A stretch of 64,000 bases of DNA from Candidatus Latescibacterota bacterium (GCA_965219995.1 CBDCOX010000002.1:2272001-2336000); one strand, 5' to 3'. Counted from the first letter of the stretch, positions 1-10,490 are shown. The notes: generated by a model from the letters alone, not told the origin. Numbers and translations are program-made.

Positions 1-10
1 CGAGGTCGAC

Positions 11-1456
11 GTGGGTTACGACGTGAGTCCGGCGTCGATATTTCTTCCGGGCGTGAAGTCGCCGCCGTCGGGAGAACAGCGGGGGTTCCGGTTCAATGCC
101 TCCGACGTCGATCGACCCGCATCGGCCTGTGATCTGGCCTTTCTGCCGGTGAGCAGGCTGGCGCGGCTGGTGGAAAACCGGGAAGTGTCTCCCGTTGAAC
201 TCACCCGGCTCTACCTCGAACGGCTGGATACTCTCGGCGAAAAACTGCATTGCGTGGTTTCGCTTACAGAAGATTTGGCGATGAAGCAGGCCAGGGCCGC
301 CGAGGCGGAGATCCTGGCCGGGAAATACCGCGGTCCGCTTCATGGGATTCCGTGGGGCGCCAAGGACCTGCTGTCCACAAAGGGGATCCGGACCACGTGG
401 GGCGCCACGCCATTCAAGGAGCAAACCGGTGAGACCGATGCGGCCGTTGTGGAACGGCTTCGGGACGCGGGCGCGGTCCTCGCGGCCAAGCTCTCGACCG
501 GAGCGCTCGCCATGGGTCCGCACTGGTTCGGGGGGATGACCCGGAACCCCTGGAATCCGGAGACGGACTCGAGCGGGTCTTCGGCCGGTCCCGGCGCGGC
601 GACCGCCGCCGGCCTCGTTGGATTCAGCATCGGTTCGGAAACGCAGGGATCGATCGTTTCGCCGAGCCATACGTGTGGGGTTACGGGGCTGCGGCCGACC
701 TACGGCCGCGTAAGCCGTTACGGCGCGATGGCGCTTGCCTGGACCATGGACAAACTGGGTCCGATGTGCCGTGGCGTTGAAGACTGCGCGGCCGTGTTCA
801 GCGCCATCCACGGACCGGACGGGAGAGACCGTTCCGTGGTGGACGCGCCGTTCAACTGGCCCGCAGCCCCGAATTTGACGGGCTTGCGAATCGGCATTAT
901 CCAGTCGGAATTCGACGACGTCGAGGGATCCGACGAACGTGCGGTCCATGAAGCCGCGTTCCGGAAGTTTGAGGAACTCGGTATTGGCGTTCAGGCGGTA
1001 ACGCTCCCGGCGTGTCCTCATGGCGCGGTTTCGATGATGCTCTGCGTGGAAGCGGCGGCCGCGTTCGACAGCGCGACGCGAGCGGGCGAACTGGATACCA
1101 TGACAGACGCGGACAACAGCTCCTGGCCGACGATACTTCGCAGGTTTCGGATGGTGCCGGCCGTGGAATATTTGCGCGCACAGCAGGTCCGGTCCCTGAT
1201 GATTCACGACTTCGAGGAATTGATGAAGGATTGGGACGTGCTGCTTGCACCCGGAGACGCCGGCGCGAGTCTCACAATTACCAATCTCACCGGGCATCCC
1301 GCGCTGACGTTGAAGTGCGGTTTCACAGACGGCATGCCGCGAGGTTTGACGCTCATTGGAAACCTCTACGACGAAGCGACCCTTCTGAGCGTGGGCCTTG
1401 CCTACGAGCAGGCGACGAATTGGCATAATCGGCATCCTGATATCCGGTCCGCTTAA
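11..1456 (+). CDS. Amidase signature family protein (GatA-like), probably 5'-truncated by the window edge
   Basis: Motifs GIPWGAKD, SSGSSAG and GSETQGSIVSP (Lys-cisSer-Ser triad); frame is open to position 2. Confidence 0.9.
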   Translation: MGYDVSPASIFLPGVKSPPSGEQRGFRFNASDVDRPASACDLAFLPVSRLARLVENREVSPVELTRLYLERLDTLGEKLHCVVSLTEDLAMKQARAAEAEILAGKYRGPLHGIPWGAKDLLSTKGIRTTWGATPFKEQTGETDAAVVERLRDAGAVLAAKLSTGALAMGPHWFGGMTRNPWNPETDSSGSSAGPGAATAAGLVGFSIGSETQGSIVSPSHTCGVTGLRPTYGRVSRYGAMALAWTMDKLGPMCRGVEDCAAVFSAIHGPDGRDRSVVDAPFNWPAAPNLTGLRIGIIQSEFDDVEGSDERAVHEAAFRKFEELGIGVQAVTLPACPHGAVSMMLCVEAAAAFDSATRAGELDTMTDADNSSWPTILRRFRMVPAVEYLRAQQVRSLMIHDFEELMKDWDVLLAPGDAGASLTITNLTGHPALTLKCGFTDGMPRGLTLIGNLYDEATLLSVGLAYEQATNWHNRHPDIRSA

Positions 1457-1538
1457 TACAGAAACAAGAACAAACATGGATGGACCTGCGGTTCGACGTG
1501 TATTGAACTGAAATCACTAACCCTTGGAGGCTGATAAG

Positions 1539-2615
1539 ATGGCAGAGGAATTCAGAGGCATGCCATGCCGGCGGGTCGGAAACTCCGGCCTGTTCGTGTC
1601 CGCTATCGGGCTGGGAATGTGGAAATGGGGCGACCCGGTGTACGACGGGTCCCGCATCGGGGACCACGAGGGGTTCGAGGTTCTGGACCGGTCCCTGGAA
1701 CTGGGGGTCTTTCACTGGGACACGGCGTGCTCCTACAACCTGGGATCGGGAAATTCGGAACGCCTGCTGGGGCGGTACTTCGCCGCTCGTCCGCGTTCGG
1801 TCAGGGAGCAGGTCGTGATGGCGACCAAGATTCACAACCCGGTGCGCGCGGAGCACGCCATGGAGGCCGACTTCACGCCGAATCAACTCGGCGCCTCCAG
1901 GACGTACATCCATTTTGGCGTGGACAAGTGCCTGGAGCGGTTGCAGACGGACTACATCGACCTGATCTATCTGCACCAGAGCGGTATCGGCGACGACGGG
2001 GACTACCGGGTTCCGATCGAGGAGACCTGGGGCGCGTTCGACGATCTCGTATCACAGGGAAAGGTAAGGTACCTGGCGGTATCCAATCACTCCGCGAAGC
2101 AGATGGCGAACGTCATCGCTGCTCTGGAGAAGGTGGGCAAGGACGTGTCACGCCGGATCGTGGCCGTGCAAAACCGGTACAATCTGGTGCAACAGGATGC
2201 GGTAGCGTCCGAGGACGGAGGCAGGGGGTCGGATTTCCTGAAGGCGGCGGCCAGGGCCGACGTGGGTGTGATCCCCTACTATCCGCTCGCGAGCGGCCTG
2301 CTCACGGGCAGGTACCGCAAGGGAAGGCTGGAGGAGGCGTCAGGACGGATCATTGACGACGGCGACGAGGCCGAGTTTCTGACCGAACCCTATCTGGAAG
2401 CCGTTGAAGGGCTGCTGGAGGTAGCGGAATCGAAGGGAATCTCCCTCGCGCAACTCGCGATCGCCTGGCTGCTGGCCAACGGGCAGGTGCCGTCTGTCAT
2501 TGCAGGCGTAACTGAAATGCGACACCTGGAGGACAACGTGAACGCGGCGCGGGTTGAACTGACGGACGCCGACATGACGCGCATCGACGACGCAGTCGGC
2601 GCGGCGCTCGCGTGA
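1539..2615 (+). CDS. Aldo/keto reductase
   Basis: GNSGLFVSAIGLG, WDTACSY, LERLQTDYIDLIYLH, AQLAIAW; GGAGG RBS at 1526-1530. Confidence 0.9.
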   Translation: MAEEFRGMPCRRVGNSGLFVSAIGLGMWKWGDPVYDGSRIGDHEGFEVLDRSLELGVFHWDTACSYNLGSGNSERLLGRYFAARPRSVREQVVMATKIHNPVRAEHAMEADFTPNQLGASRTYIHFGVDKCLERLQTDYIDLIYLHQSGIGDDGDYRVPIEETWGAFDDLVSQGKVRYLAVSNHSAKQMANVIAALEKVGKDVSRRIVAVQNRYNLVQQDAVASEDGGRGSDFLKAAARADVGVIPYYPLASGLLTGRYRKGRLEEASGRIIDDGDEAEFLTEPYLEAVEGLLEVAESKGISLAQLAIAWLLANGQVPSVIAGVTEMRHLEDNVNAARVELTDADMTRIDDAVGAALA

Positions 2616-2665
2616 CCGGCGTCGGTCCGGCAGGACGTCGCGATCCATCCGCGTGAGGGTGAACC

Positions 2666-3529
2666 GTGATGATCATGGAACGCATCGTCACCTACGGGCG
2701 AATGATCAAGTTTTCGCACAGCGTCTTCGCCCTTCCGTTTGCCTTCAGCGGTGCGGCGCTGGCCGCGCTGGAAGCGGATATCAGTATGGTGCAGGTGTTC
2801 TGGATCGCCGTGGCGATGGTGGGCGCCAGAAGCGCGGCGATGGGATTCAACCGGCTGGTGGACCGGGACATGGACGCGGCGAATCCCAGGACCGCGGCGC
2901 GAGAGTTGCCGCGCGGCCTGATCTCGCCGGGCGCCGTGCGCGTGTTGATCGCGATATCCTCCCTGGCGCTGATTGTCGCCGCCTGGCGACTGAACCCTCT
3001 GTGTTTCGCGCTATCTCCAGTGGCGCTGGGTATCGTCTTCTTCTATTCCTACACCAAGCGATTCACGTGGGCCACGCAGTTATTTCTCGGTCTGGCGCTG
3101 TCTCTGGCGCCCGTAGGCGCATGGATTGCGATTACAGGGCGCCTTGACGCCGGGATCCTGCTGCTGGCCGGCGCCGTATTGGCCTGGGTTTCAGGGTTCG
3201 ACATCATCTATGCCTGCCAGGATGTCGCGTTTGACCGTGTCCATGGGATTTGTTCGATTCCTCAACGCTTCGGCGTGCGCCGCGGGCTGGCCATCGCACG
3301 GGGTTTTCATGCGATTTCCTTTTCTCTGATGACCGCGGTGGGAACGTTTTTCGAGCTGGGAGTCATCTACATGGCAGGACTGATCGTGGTGGCGGCGCTG
3401 ATGGTGTACGAGCACCGGCTGGTGAAGCCGGAAGACCTTTCTCGACTGGGCGTGGCGTTCATGAACGTGAATGCCGCGATCAGCGCCGTCTTTTTCGCCT
3501 TTACGCTCGGAGACGTGTTGTGGCGGTGA
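2666..3529 (+). CDS. ubiA: UbiA-family prenyltransferase (MqnP-like)
   Basis: MIKFSHSVFALPFA, NRLVDRDMDAANPRT, YSYTKRFT, GFDIIYACQD; multiple TM segments. Confidence 0.88.
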   Translation: MMIMERIVTYGRMIKFSHSVFALPFAFSGAALAALEADISMVQVFWIAVAMVGARSAAMGFNRLVDRDMDAANPRTAARELPRGLISPGAVRVLIAISSLALIVAAWRLNPLCFALSPVALGIVFFYSYTKRFTWATQLFLGLALSLAPVGAWIAITGRLDAGILLLAGAVLAWVSGFDIIYACQDVAFDRVHGICSIPQRFGVRRGLAIARGFHAISFSLMTAVGTFFELGVIYMAGLIVVAALMVYEHRLVKPEDLSRLGVAFMNVNAAISAVFFAFTLGDVLWR

Positions 3530-4128
3530 ACCGGATTGCGGTTGCGATCACCGGCGCCAGCGGGGCCATCTATGCCCTTCGGACCCTGCGGGCGCTGCTG
3601 CTGAACGGGGACGAGGTACACCTGATTGTGTCCGGGTTCGGCTGGATGTTGTTGCGAGAGGAAGGGGGCTTCGAGGGTAAACAGTCGGAATTTGAGGATT
3701 TTCTCGCTGACCGGTACGGCGACGGGGTTTCGAACGGGCGCGTGATCGTCCACCAGATCGGCAACATGGCGGCGTCGGTCGCAAGCGGGTCCGTGGGCGT
3801 GCGGGGCATGGTCGTCGTGCCGTGTTCCATGAAATACATGTCGAATATCGCTCACGGCGCGTCCGGAAACCTGATCGAAAGGGCCGCGGACGTCACGCTC
3901 AAGGAACACCGGCCGCTGATTCTGGTTCCACGCGAAACGCCGATGAGCCTGATCCACCTTCGGAACATGACCGCCGCCGCCGAGGCGGGAGCCGCCATCG
4001 TGCCGGCCATGCCGGCATTCTACCAGAATCCGGAGACGTTTGACGACCTGGCGGATTTCGTCGCCGGGCGGATCCTGAATCTTTTGAACATCGAACACGA
4101 CCTGTTTCCACCGTGGGCCGGGATGTGA
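3526..4128 (+). CDS. ubiX: UbiX-family flavin prenyltransferase
   Basis: IAVAITGASGAIY, PCSM, RAADVTLKE, PRETP, PAMPAFY; GTG start overlaps the ubiA stop (GTGA). Confidence 0.92.
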   Translation: MNRIAVAITGASGAIYALRTLRALLLNGDEVHLIVSGFGWMLLREEGGFEGKQSEFEDFLADRYGDGVSNGRVIVHQIGNMAASVASGSVGVRGMVVVPCSMKYMSNIAHGASGNLIERAADVTLKEHRPLILVPRETPMSLIHLRNMTAAAEAGAAIVPAMPAFYQNPETFDDLADFVAGRILNLLNIEHDLFPPWAGM

Positions 4129-4174
4129 CGAAGCATCCTTCGCTCCGCGCCTGAGGCTCATAAAAGGACAGCCG

Positions 4175-5473
4175 ATGTACAACGACCTGACGCATCACAT
4201 TCAGGAAACCGCCCTGGTCGATACGCACGAGCATTTGCGAAAGGAACCGGACTGGGTGGACGAAGGCCCCGATATCCTCCAGGACCTGTTCGGAAATTAC
4301 GTCCCGGCCGACCTTCACACGGCCGGCGCTTCTCCTGCGGCCATGAAGCGGTTGATGGATGGGTCGGACGCGGACATCGCCGGGCGATTCGAGGGTATCC
4401 GGGAAGCCTGGGAAGCGACGCAGTTTACAGGATACGGAGAAGCGGTGCGGTTGATCGCCAGGCACGTGTACGGCATCGACGTCCTGTCAGCGGACGCCAT
4501 TACGTCCGCTCAGGAAAGGATACACGCACTCCGGCGTCCCGGGAAACGACTGCGCCTGCTGCGCGACACGGCCAACCTGGATCACGTTCAGACGGACGAT
4601 TTCCAATGGGCATGCCTGCCGGATGACTCGGGACCGGATTTTTTCCTCTACGATCTCTCATGGGCGGGGTTCTGCAACGGGCAGATCGATTTCGAGCAGA
4701 CGCACGCCGAGACGAACGTTGAGGTAACGGGTCTCGAAACCCTCAGACAGGCGATGGAAGGCATCTTCTCCAAATACGCGGACTGCGCCATCGCGGTGAA
4801 GGCTCAGCACGCGTACAGCCGGACCCTGCACTGGACGGATCGTGAAGACTCGGAAGCGGCCGCTGCGCTCGAGAAGATATTGAAGGGTCCGGACGAAGCA
4901 ATCCCGGTACAGACGCGGCTTTGCCTCGGTGACTGGTGCTGGGCGCGCGGAGTGGAACTCTCCGTCGCACACAACCTGCCGTTCAAGATCCACACGGGAA
5001 CCTACGCGGGCAACGACCGCATGCCTGTGAGTCGGATCGCCGCCGGGAACATGTGCGCGTTATTCGCACGGTACCCGGACGCCCGCTTTGTCCTGATGCA
5101 CATCGCCTACCCGTATAACGATGAACTGGTCGCCCTGGCCAAGCACTACAGGAACATCTGGGTCGACCTGTGCTGGGCGTGGAGCATCGATCCCTATAGT
5201 TCGAGGGACTTTCTACGCCGATTCCTGCACGCCGTCCCGGCCAACAAGCTGTTCGCGTTCGGGGGCGACACGGGCTGGCCCACGGGCGCGCTCGCGTATT
5301 CAATCCAGGCCCGAAATGAAATTCGCCGCGGGCTGGAGGCGGAAGTCGCTGAAGGATATCTGAGTGAGAGACAGGCGATGGACGTTGCGAACCGGATCAT
5401 GCGAGACAATCAGTACGCCTGTTTCGATATTCATGGTACACGCACAAATATCCGCGCTGCCGCCAGAACATAG
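4175..5473 (+). CDS. Amidohydrolase family protein
   Basis: DTHEH metal motif, KIHTG, LMHIAYPY, FGGD. Confidence 0.82.
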   Translation: MYNDLTHHIQETALVDTHEHLRKEPDWVDEGPDILQDLFGNYVPADLHTAGASPAAMKRLMDGSDADIAGRFEGIREAWEATQFTGYGEAVRLIARHVYGIDVLSADAITSAQERIHALRRPGKRLRLLRDTANLDHVQTDDFQWACLPDDSGPDFFLYDLSWAGFCNGQIDFEQTHAETNVEVTGLETLRQAMEGIFSKYADCAIAVKAQHAYSRTLHWTDREDSEAAAALEKILKGPDEAIPVQTRLCLGDWCWARGVELSVAHNLPFKIHTGTYAGNDRMPVSRIAAGNMCALFARYPDARFVLMHIAYPYNDELVALAKHYRNIWVDLCWAWSIDPYSSRDFLRRFLHAVPANKLFAFGGDTGWPTGALAYSIQARNEIRRGLEAEVAEGYLSERQAMDVANRIMRDNQYACFDIHGTRTNIRAAART

Positions 5474-5515
5474 CTCCGAATGAGCGGCAGAAATCAGTCG
5501 ACTCAGTTTAACAGC

Positions 5516-5553
5516 AAGCAGCCGCCGATTGTACGCAATCGGCGGCTGCTTTT
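5516..5553. terminator. Intrinsic terminator between convergent genes
   Basis: Perfect 16-bp stem AAGCAGCCGCCGATTG-TACG-CAATCGGCGGCTGCTT followed by a short T run. Confidence 0.75.
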
Positions 5554-5584
5554 GTATCATACTAAGTTATTTGACGGGTGGGAC

Positions 5585-6868
5585 TTAGCGATATCGTTCC
5601 ACGTCGAAATTGACGCGCATGGAGACCAGCGCGCGTACCGTACGCACCCTGTCTTCGCGATTGCCTTCCGTCTGCCTGTACCCGCCGAACACAGCGGCCA
5701 CGTCCAGCGCGAAATACCGGTCCAGTTCAGCGCCGATCCCGAGCGTCCACGCATTGCGGTCCGTTTCGATTCGCACCTCAGGTACGGGACCGCCTCCAAC
5801 GTATCGGACCGGATCCCGATAGTAGCCGCCCCTCAAGGCGAGGCCCCGCCCGGGGATCGCGTATTCACCGCCCAGATGGATCCGCACCGCGTTTCGGTAT
5901 TGTCGGCGGAAGTCGTCCACGTGCGGCACGATGTTCCGCGCCCGGACGTTGTAGGTGGCTTCCTGCAGGTCGCCGTAATGCACGTCACCGCTCAACGTAA
6001 GTCCCTTTGAGGCCCATCCCAGACCGAATCCCAGTGAAATCGGCTGCCGTATCTCGTATCTGTCCACGTAATAATCGCGGGGATAGGTATCTTTCCGATC
6101 TTCGTACGTATCTTCGAACTCATCCGCCACTTCCGCCGACACGCGAATGGGAGTCGCCACGGAAATCGTTACGCCAATCCGGAAATTCGACGGGTGCCAG
6201 AACCGGATGCCGCCCTGAAGCCCCAGCGCGGAAAACTCGTCGTCGGATTCGAAACGTTGATAAAGACGTACCGTATCCACGTGTACCTGCTGCACGTCTT
6301 CAAGCGTCAACTCCTGCAGAAACCGGTTCGTTCCACGCCATTTGTATATTGATATCCCCGCCGAGAGACGCGGCGCCAGGTCGATCGCGGCGCCCAATGT
6401 CCACGCGCCGAAGGTACCCCTGTCTTCCGAGAAGCCCGACTTTTCGAAGTCGGCGACCTCATCGTACGCGTGGATCCGCAATCCCGCGTCGAAGTGCCGG
6501 TTGCGCCCGAAGCCCCCTGCGAAAACCAGGCTGCCCCGGTAGACGGGAACCGGATATACGACGCCCGCCGACGCAAAGCGCGTGCTGTTCAGCTCGAACG
6601 CGGAAGGCCGGCTGAAGAATTGCGACTCGTTCCGAAACCGGTCATGCGACATTCCCCACGAAATCGACCCGTGTTGGGCCCTTGCCAATCCGGCAGGATT
6701 CCAGAAGAGGCCGGAAAAATCGTCCGATACCGTGACATAGGCGCCGCCCATCCCCATTGCACGTGCGCCGATGCCCGAGAACCCATCTAGGGCGACCTCC
6801 TGAGCACTCGCCGACGCCGCCCACGCGCAGAATGCCAGCATCGGAACAGTGGAACAGACTCGCCTCAT
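5585..6868 (-). CDS. Outer-membrane beta-barrel, FadL/OmpP1-like
   Basis: Signal peptide; GARAMGMGGAY...WNPAGL motif; alternating beta strands. Confidence 0.78.
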   Translation of the reverse strand: MRRVCSTVPMLAFCAWAASASAQEVALDGFSGIGARAMGMGGAYVTVSDDFSGLFWNPAGLARAQHGSISWGMSHDRFRNESQFFSRPSAFELNSTRFASAGVVYPVPVYRGSLVFAGGFGRNRHFDAGLRIHAYDEVADFEKSGFSEDRGTFGAWTLGAAIDLAPRLSAGISIYKWRGTNRFLQELTLEDVQQVHVDTVRLYQRFESDDEFSALGLQGGIRFWHPSNFRIGVTISVATPIRVSAEVADEFEDTYEDRKDTYPRDYYVDRYEIRQPISLGFGLGWASKGLTLSGDVHYGDLQEATYNVRARNIVPHVDDFRRQYRNAVRIHLGGEYAIPGRGLALRGGYYRDPVRYVGGGPVPEVRIETDRNAWTLGIGAELDRYFALDVAAVFGGYRQTEGNREDRVRTVRALVSMRVNFDVERYR

Positions 6869-7539
6869 CGCATCCCCCCTCTGCGCCGCTGCTTCTCACG
6901 TTTCTCCTCGCGCTTTTCCTCCTGCTTTTTTTCTTCCTTCTGTGAAGACGGCTTACTGCCGCCCGAATCGCGCGTTTTCGAAGCTGTTCTGGATGCGCTG
7001 TCCGAACTCTCCGGTTTCGGATTTGCCCGGGTGGTGCCCACCGAACGGGCTCCCCGAACCCGCGTGGTCTTTTTTGTTCCGCGGCCTTTACGGACTGTGC
7101 CGGCGGATAAGGGATCGCCACCCCGCAGTCCGGAATGTCTCAACCGCAAATGCGGTTCCGGAAGCTCGATCGGATCCGTTTCGATCCACCGATATCTTAC
7201 GGTGGGGTAGTACCCGCGTCCGTGAGCCAGACGTTGCCGCATCCACCCCCGCCACCACGGGCCGTACGCGGCCGTCCACCACGAATACCGCCAATTCAGG
7301 CCGCGTCGACTCCGGATTGGATATTCCGCCCACCGGGGATCGAAAAACGGCGAAGTCCCCCACGATTCCGTGCCGAATTGGTCATAAACATGATATTTGT
7401 ATATCCGCACAACGGTGGTATCGACCGCCGGCACGGATTCGACTAGATCATCCGTCGCATATTCTGGCGGCCGAATCTGCGTATAGCACGCGGAAAGTGT
7501 GAACAGGCAGAAAAGTGCGAGACCGATTCGATGTGCCAT
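6865..7539 (-). CDS. Hypothetical lipoprotein with basic low-complexity C-terminus
   Basis: Lipobox LSAC; RBS GAGGGAGG; stop overlaps the start of the downstream barrel gene. Confidence 0.7.
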   Translation of the reverse strand: MAHRIGLALFCLFTLSACYTQIRPPEYATDDLVESVPAVDTTVVRIYKYHVYDQFGTESWGTSPFFDPRWAEYPIRSRRGLNWRYSWWTAAYGPWWRGWMRQRLAHGRGYYPTVRYRWIETDPIELPEPHLRLRHSGLRGGDPLSAGTVRKGRGTKKTTRVRGARSVGTTRANPKPESSDSASRTASKTRDSGGSKPSSQKEEKKQEEKREEKREKQRRRGGMR

Positions 7540-7649
7540 GGCAGCCTCCCTCGTTACGAAACCCGCTCACTTCAACTGCAGTCCTCCGCCCCATTGGCCC
7601 TACCTGAATAATACCCGATTTCCAACCTCGGCACAATACCATAAAAAAC

Positions 7650-7895
7650 CGGGGAGACGGTAGAGGGTAGACGGGAGAAGGCATCTTTGCCCCATTGAGT
7701 CTTCCTTTGCGCCTCCGGCGAGAAATGAAACCCCAAGGTGCAGGGAATCCCTCACGCGCGTCTACTCGCAGGAAGATTTCGCCCGGCCATATCAAAGCGC
7801 CGTGGCCGCAGGATATCATCTCACGTCTCACGTCTTGCGTCTCACCCGGGGTTGGCGGGCCGGGGGGGAGAGGTCCGTACCGCCTGTCCCTGCAT
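7650..7895. repeat. Composite dispersed intergenic repeat (heptamer GACGGKA tracts plus ~85-bp unit)
   Basis: Shares segments with 9930-10400, 46670-46860 and 61890-62222. Confidence 0.7.
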
Positions 7896-7896
7896 G

Positions 7897-8238
7897 TCAA
7901 CCTGCTTTGCGCAAAATCTCCGCGACAAGGGATCTGAACCCCTTCCCTTTTCGCTGGACGGGTGGGGTTTCCTCACAGCAGGACGCTGCACGTGAACCCG
8001 AGTCTCCGCGACGTCCGGCAAGGCGTGAGTCAATCTCCTCGTGTTCAGGAAACCGGCCTTCTTTCACTCTGGAGAAAGTCAGTTCTCCGTCAACAGTCAC
8101 TTCAAATCGACCGCGTCCGGAGGGAACGAGCGTGAAACGCGAGATGCCCGTCTTGTATTTTTCCAGCAGATGGCGCGTCAAACTGACGGCCTGGTCTTCA
8201 TATCCTCACATGGCGCAGTAAACGAGTTCGATATCCAT
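7897..8238 (-). CDS. SelW/Rdx-family selenoprotein (CxxU), in-frame UGA at 8208-8206
   Basis: AGGAG RBS then MDIELVYCAM-UGA-GYEDQAV... in frame with GRFEVTVDGELTFS..GRFP; SECIS-like hairpin at 8172-8191. Confidence 0.88.
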
Positions 8239-8453
8239 GGTCGATCTCCTTTCGTTTTCATGCCTGGATTCTTACACACACCCTGAATCTTCCCTTTAAA
8301 TGGCGGGGAGACGGGGGTGAGGGCCGCGCCCCTTGTGGTTTCCCGCCTTTCGGCTGTTTCCGGTCTTCCTTTGTGTCTTTGTGTCTCCGTGTGAGTTGAT
8401 TTTCGCTTCGAGCTGTCGGCTCATCGCTGCTTTTCGAGCACGGGGTCGGTTCT

Positions 8454-9917
8454 TCAAAGTGAGGACGTCCCCCGGACCGCGCGTTTGGCGATGTTCCGAA
8501 GAAGCCCCCCGAACAGCAGGACGTGAATTGGATACAGGGCGTGCCAGTAGAATCGTCCCCACAGGCCGACCGCATCGAAGACGGCGGTCTGGCGCACCCT
8601 GGATCCCCCTTCCTCCCGGAGCGTGACGTCGAACTCGAGCCAGCCGCGGCCCGGCAGCTTCATTTCCGCCCTGAGGCGCAGGCGGGCGTCCGGTTCGTAG
8701 ACCTCGACCCGCCAGCAGTCCAGGGCCTCACCCGCGGCAAGATGCTCCGCGTCGCGCCTGCCGCGGCTCATTCCGACCCCGCCCAACAACTGATCGACCA
8801 GACCGCGCAAGCGCCACATCCAATCGCCGCAGTACCAGCCTTCCGCGCCGCCGATGCGCCGGATTGGTGCGAATGCGGCGGCGGGCGGGACCGGGAGATC
8901 GACAACGGTCGAGTGAATCAACCGGCCGCGGATGCGGACCCCGCCCCAGCGCAGGGGCGTCGCAGGTGCAAGCGTTGCCTCCGACCACGGCGTGGCCGCG
9001 TACGCCGCGTCCTCTTCGACAGCGGCTTTGGCGATCGCGTCGCGAAGCCCAAGCGGTTGAATGGGGAACGCGTTTTTTGCCGCAGCGTCATTCACGACGG
9101 TCGCGGTTCGGAGTCCGTCGACCAGTTGGCGGCCGACCTTCGCGTAGACCGGGGTGGTCAGACCCAGCCAGAGGCTGGAGAGGCGCGGCGTCAGCAACGG
9201 CACGGGGATCAACAGTCGCCTGAGACCGCGCCATCGGGCGTACTCGCGCATGATCTCGCGGTACGACACCACGTCCGATCCGCCCACCTCGAACAGACGG
9301 CTCTCCCCGTGGGGCAGGTCGAGCGCCGCCGCGAGGTACCCCACCAGGTCGGCCAGAGCGATCGGCTGGGTGGGCGTACGGACCCATGACGGGCAGACCA
9401 TCACCGGAAGCCGCTCGACCAGCGCGCGAATCAGTTCGAACGAGAGGCTGCCGGCGCCCAGCACGATCCCGCTGCGGAACTCGATGACGGGCACTCCGGA
9501 CGCCCGTAGCACTTCGCCAGTCTCGTGACGGCTGCGCAGGTGCCTGGACAGCCCTGAGGCGGATCCCAGTCCGCCCACGTAGACGATGCGCCGCACCCCG
9601 GCCGCCAGGGCCGCCGCGCCGAAGTTCTGCGCCGCTTCGCGGTCACGGGCTTCGAAGTCGGCGCTTCCACCCATCGAATGGACCATGTAATAGGCCGTAT
9701 CGATCCCCGCCAAGGCGCCCTGCAGTGAATCCGGCTTCAGGCAGTCGCCGCGTACAACGCTGCTGTTCGGCCCGACCCTTCCCGTTAGCGCATCCGGTCG
9801 ACGCGTCATACAGCGAACCTCACGTCCGCCCGCCTCCAGGGCCGCGAGCAGCCTACCCCCGATGCACCCGGTGGCGCCGGTAAGCAGGATCGCCCGTTGC
9901 TGATCTGTCCCTTTCAT
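8454..9917 (-). CDS. SDR/NAD-dependent epimerase with DUF2867 domain (YbjT-like)
   Basis: LLTGATGCIG, AYYMVHSM, LRAEMKLPGRGWLEF, GLWGRFYW. Confidence 0.88.
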   Translation of the reverse strand: MKGTDQQRAILLTGATGCIGGRLLAALEAGGREVRCMTRRPDALTGRVGPNSSVVRGDCLKPDSLQGALAGIDTAYYMVHSMGGSADFEARDREAAQNFGAAALAAGVRRIVYVGGLGSASGLSRHLRSRHETGEVLRASGVPVIEFRSGIVLGAGSLSFELIRALVERLPVMVCPSWVRTPTQPIALADLVGYLAAALDLPHGESRLFEVGGSDVVSYREIMREYARWRGLRRLLIPVPLLTPRLSSLWLGLTTPVYAKVGRQLVDGLRTATVVNDAAAKNAFPIQPLGLRDAIAKAAVEEDAAYAATPWSEATLAPATPLRWGGVRIRGRLIHSTVVDLPVPPAAAFAPIRRIGGAEGWYCGDWMWRLRGLVDQLLGGVGMSRGRRDAEHLAAGEALDCWRVEVYEPDARLRLRAEMKLPGRGWLEFDVTLREEGGSRVRQTAVFDAVGLWGRFYWHALYPIHVLLFGGLLRNIAKRAVRGTSSL

Positions 9918-9929
9918 CTCCCCTCTAAC

Positions 9930-10400
9930 TGCGGTAAGACGGTAGATGACTTCCTTGCCCGATTCGTCTTTCCTTTATGCCTCCGGCAAGAAAGGCAAGC
10001 GCGCGGGGCAATAAAACCCGTTAGACGCAAGACGGGAGACGGTAGAGGACTTCCTTGCCCGGTTGGTCATTCCCTTATGCCTCCGGCAAGAAATGAAGCC
10101 GCACGGGGCAAGAAAACCGGTGACGGTAGATGACATCCTCGCCCGTTTGGTTATTCCTTTATGCCTGCGGCAAAACGTGAAACCGGACGCGGCGGACAAA
10201 CTCTCCCGTCTTACCTCTAACGTCTCCCCGATTTTAGGGCACTCACAGTATCTCCCGTCTCCCGTCTACCCTCTCACCGCTTTTGAGGGGCCGGGGGGAG
10301 AGGTCTGCGCGCCTATTGCAGGTAGATTTCGCCAAGCACTATCGTCGTCCCTTGGGCGCGGGCTATCATCTCACGTCTCCCGTCTTACGTCTACCCGCCT
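9930..10400. repeat. Three tandem ~85-100-bp structured repeat units plus heptamer tracts
   Basis: Units start near 9938, 10038 and 10122 with GACGGTAGAnGACwTCCTyGCCC...TATGCCTsCGGCAA. Confidence 0.8.
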
Positions 10401-10490
10401 TTAGGGAATTTGGGGAAAAGGGGATTTTGAATTTGATGTTCGATTCTGGTTCTGACTGACGGCTGACCGCTGATAGCTGCTTTTTGCTGC

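Noticed and set aside
3250-3525. Long N-terminal extension of ubiX
   Set aside because: Overlaps ubiA; family homology starts at GTG 3526
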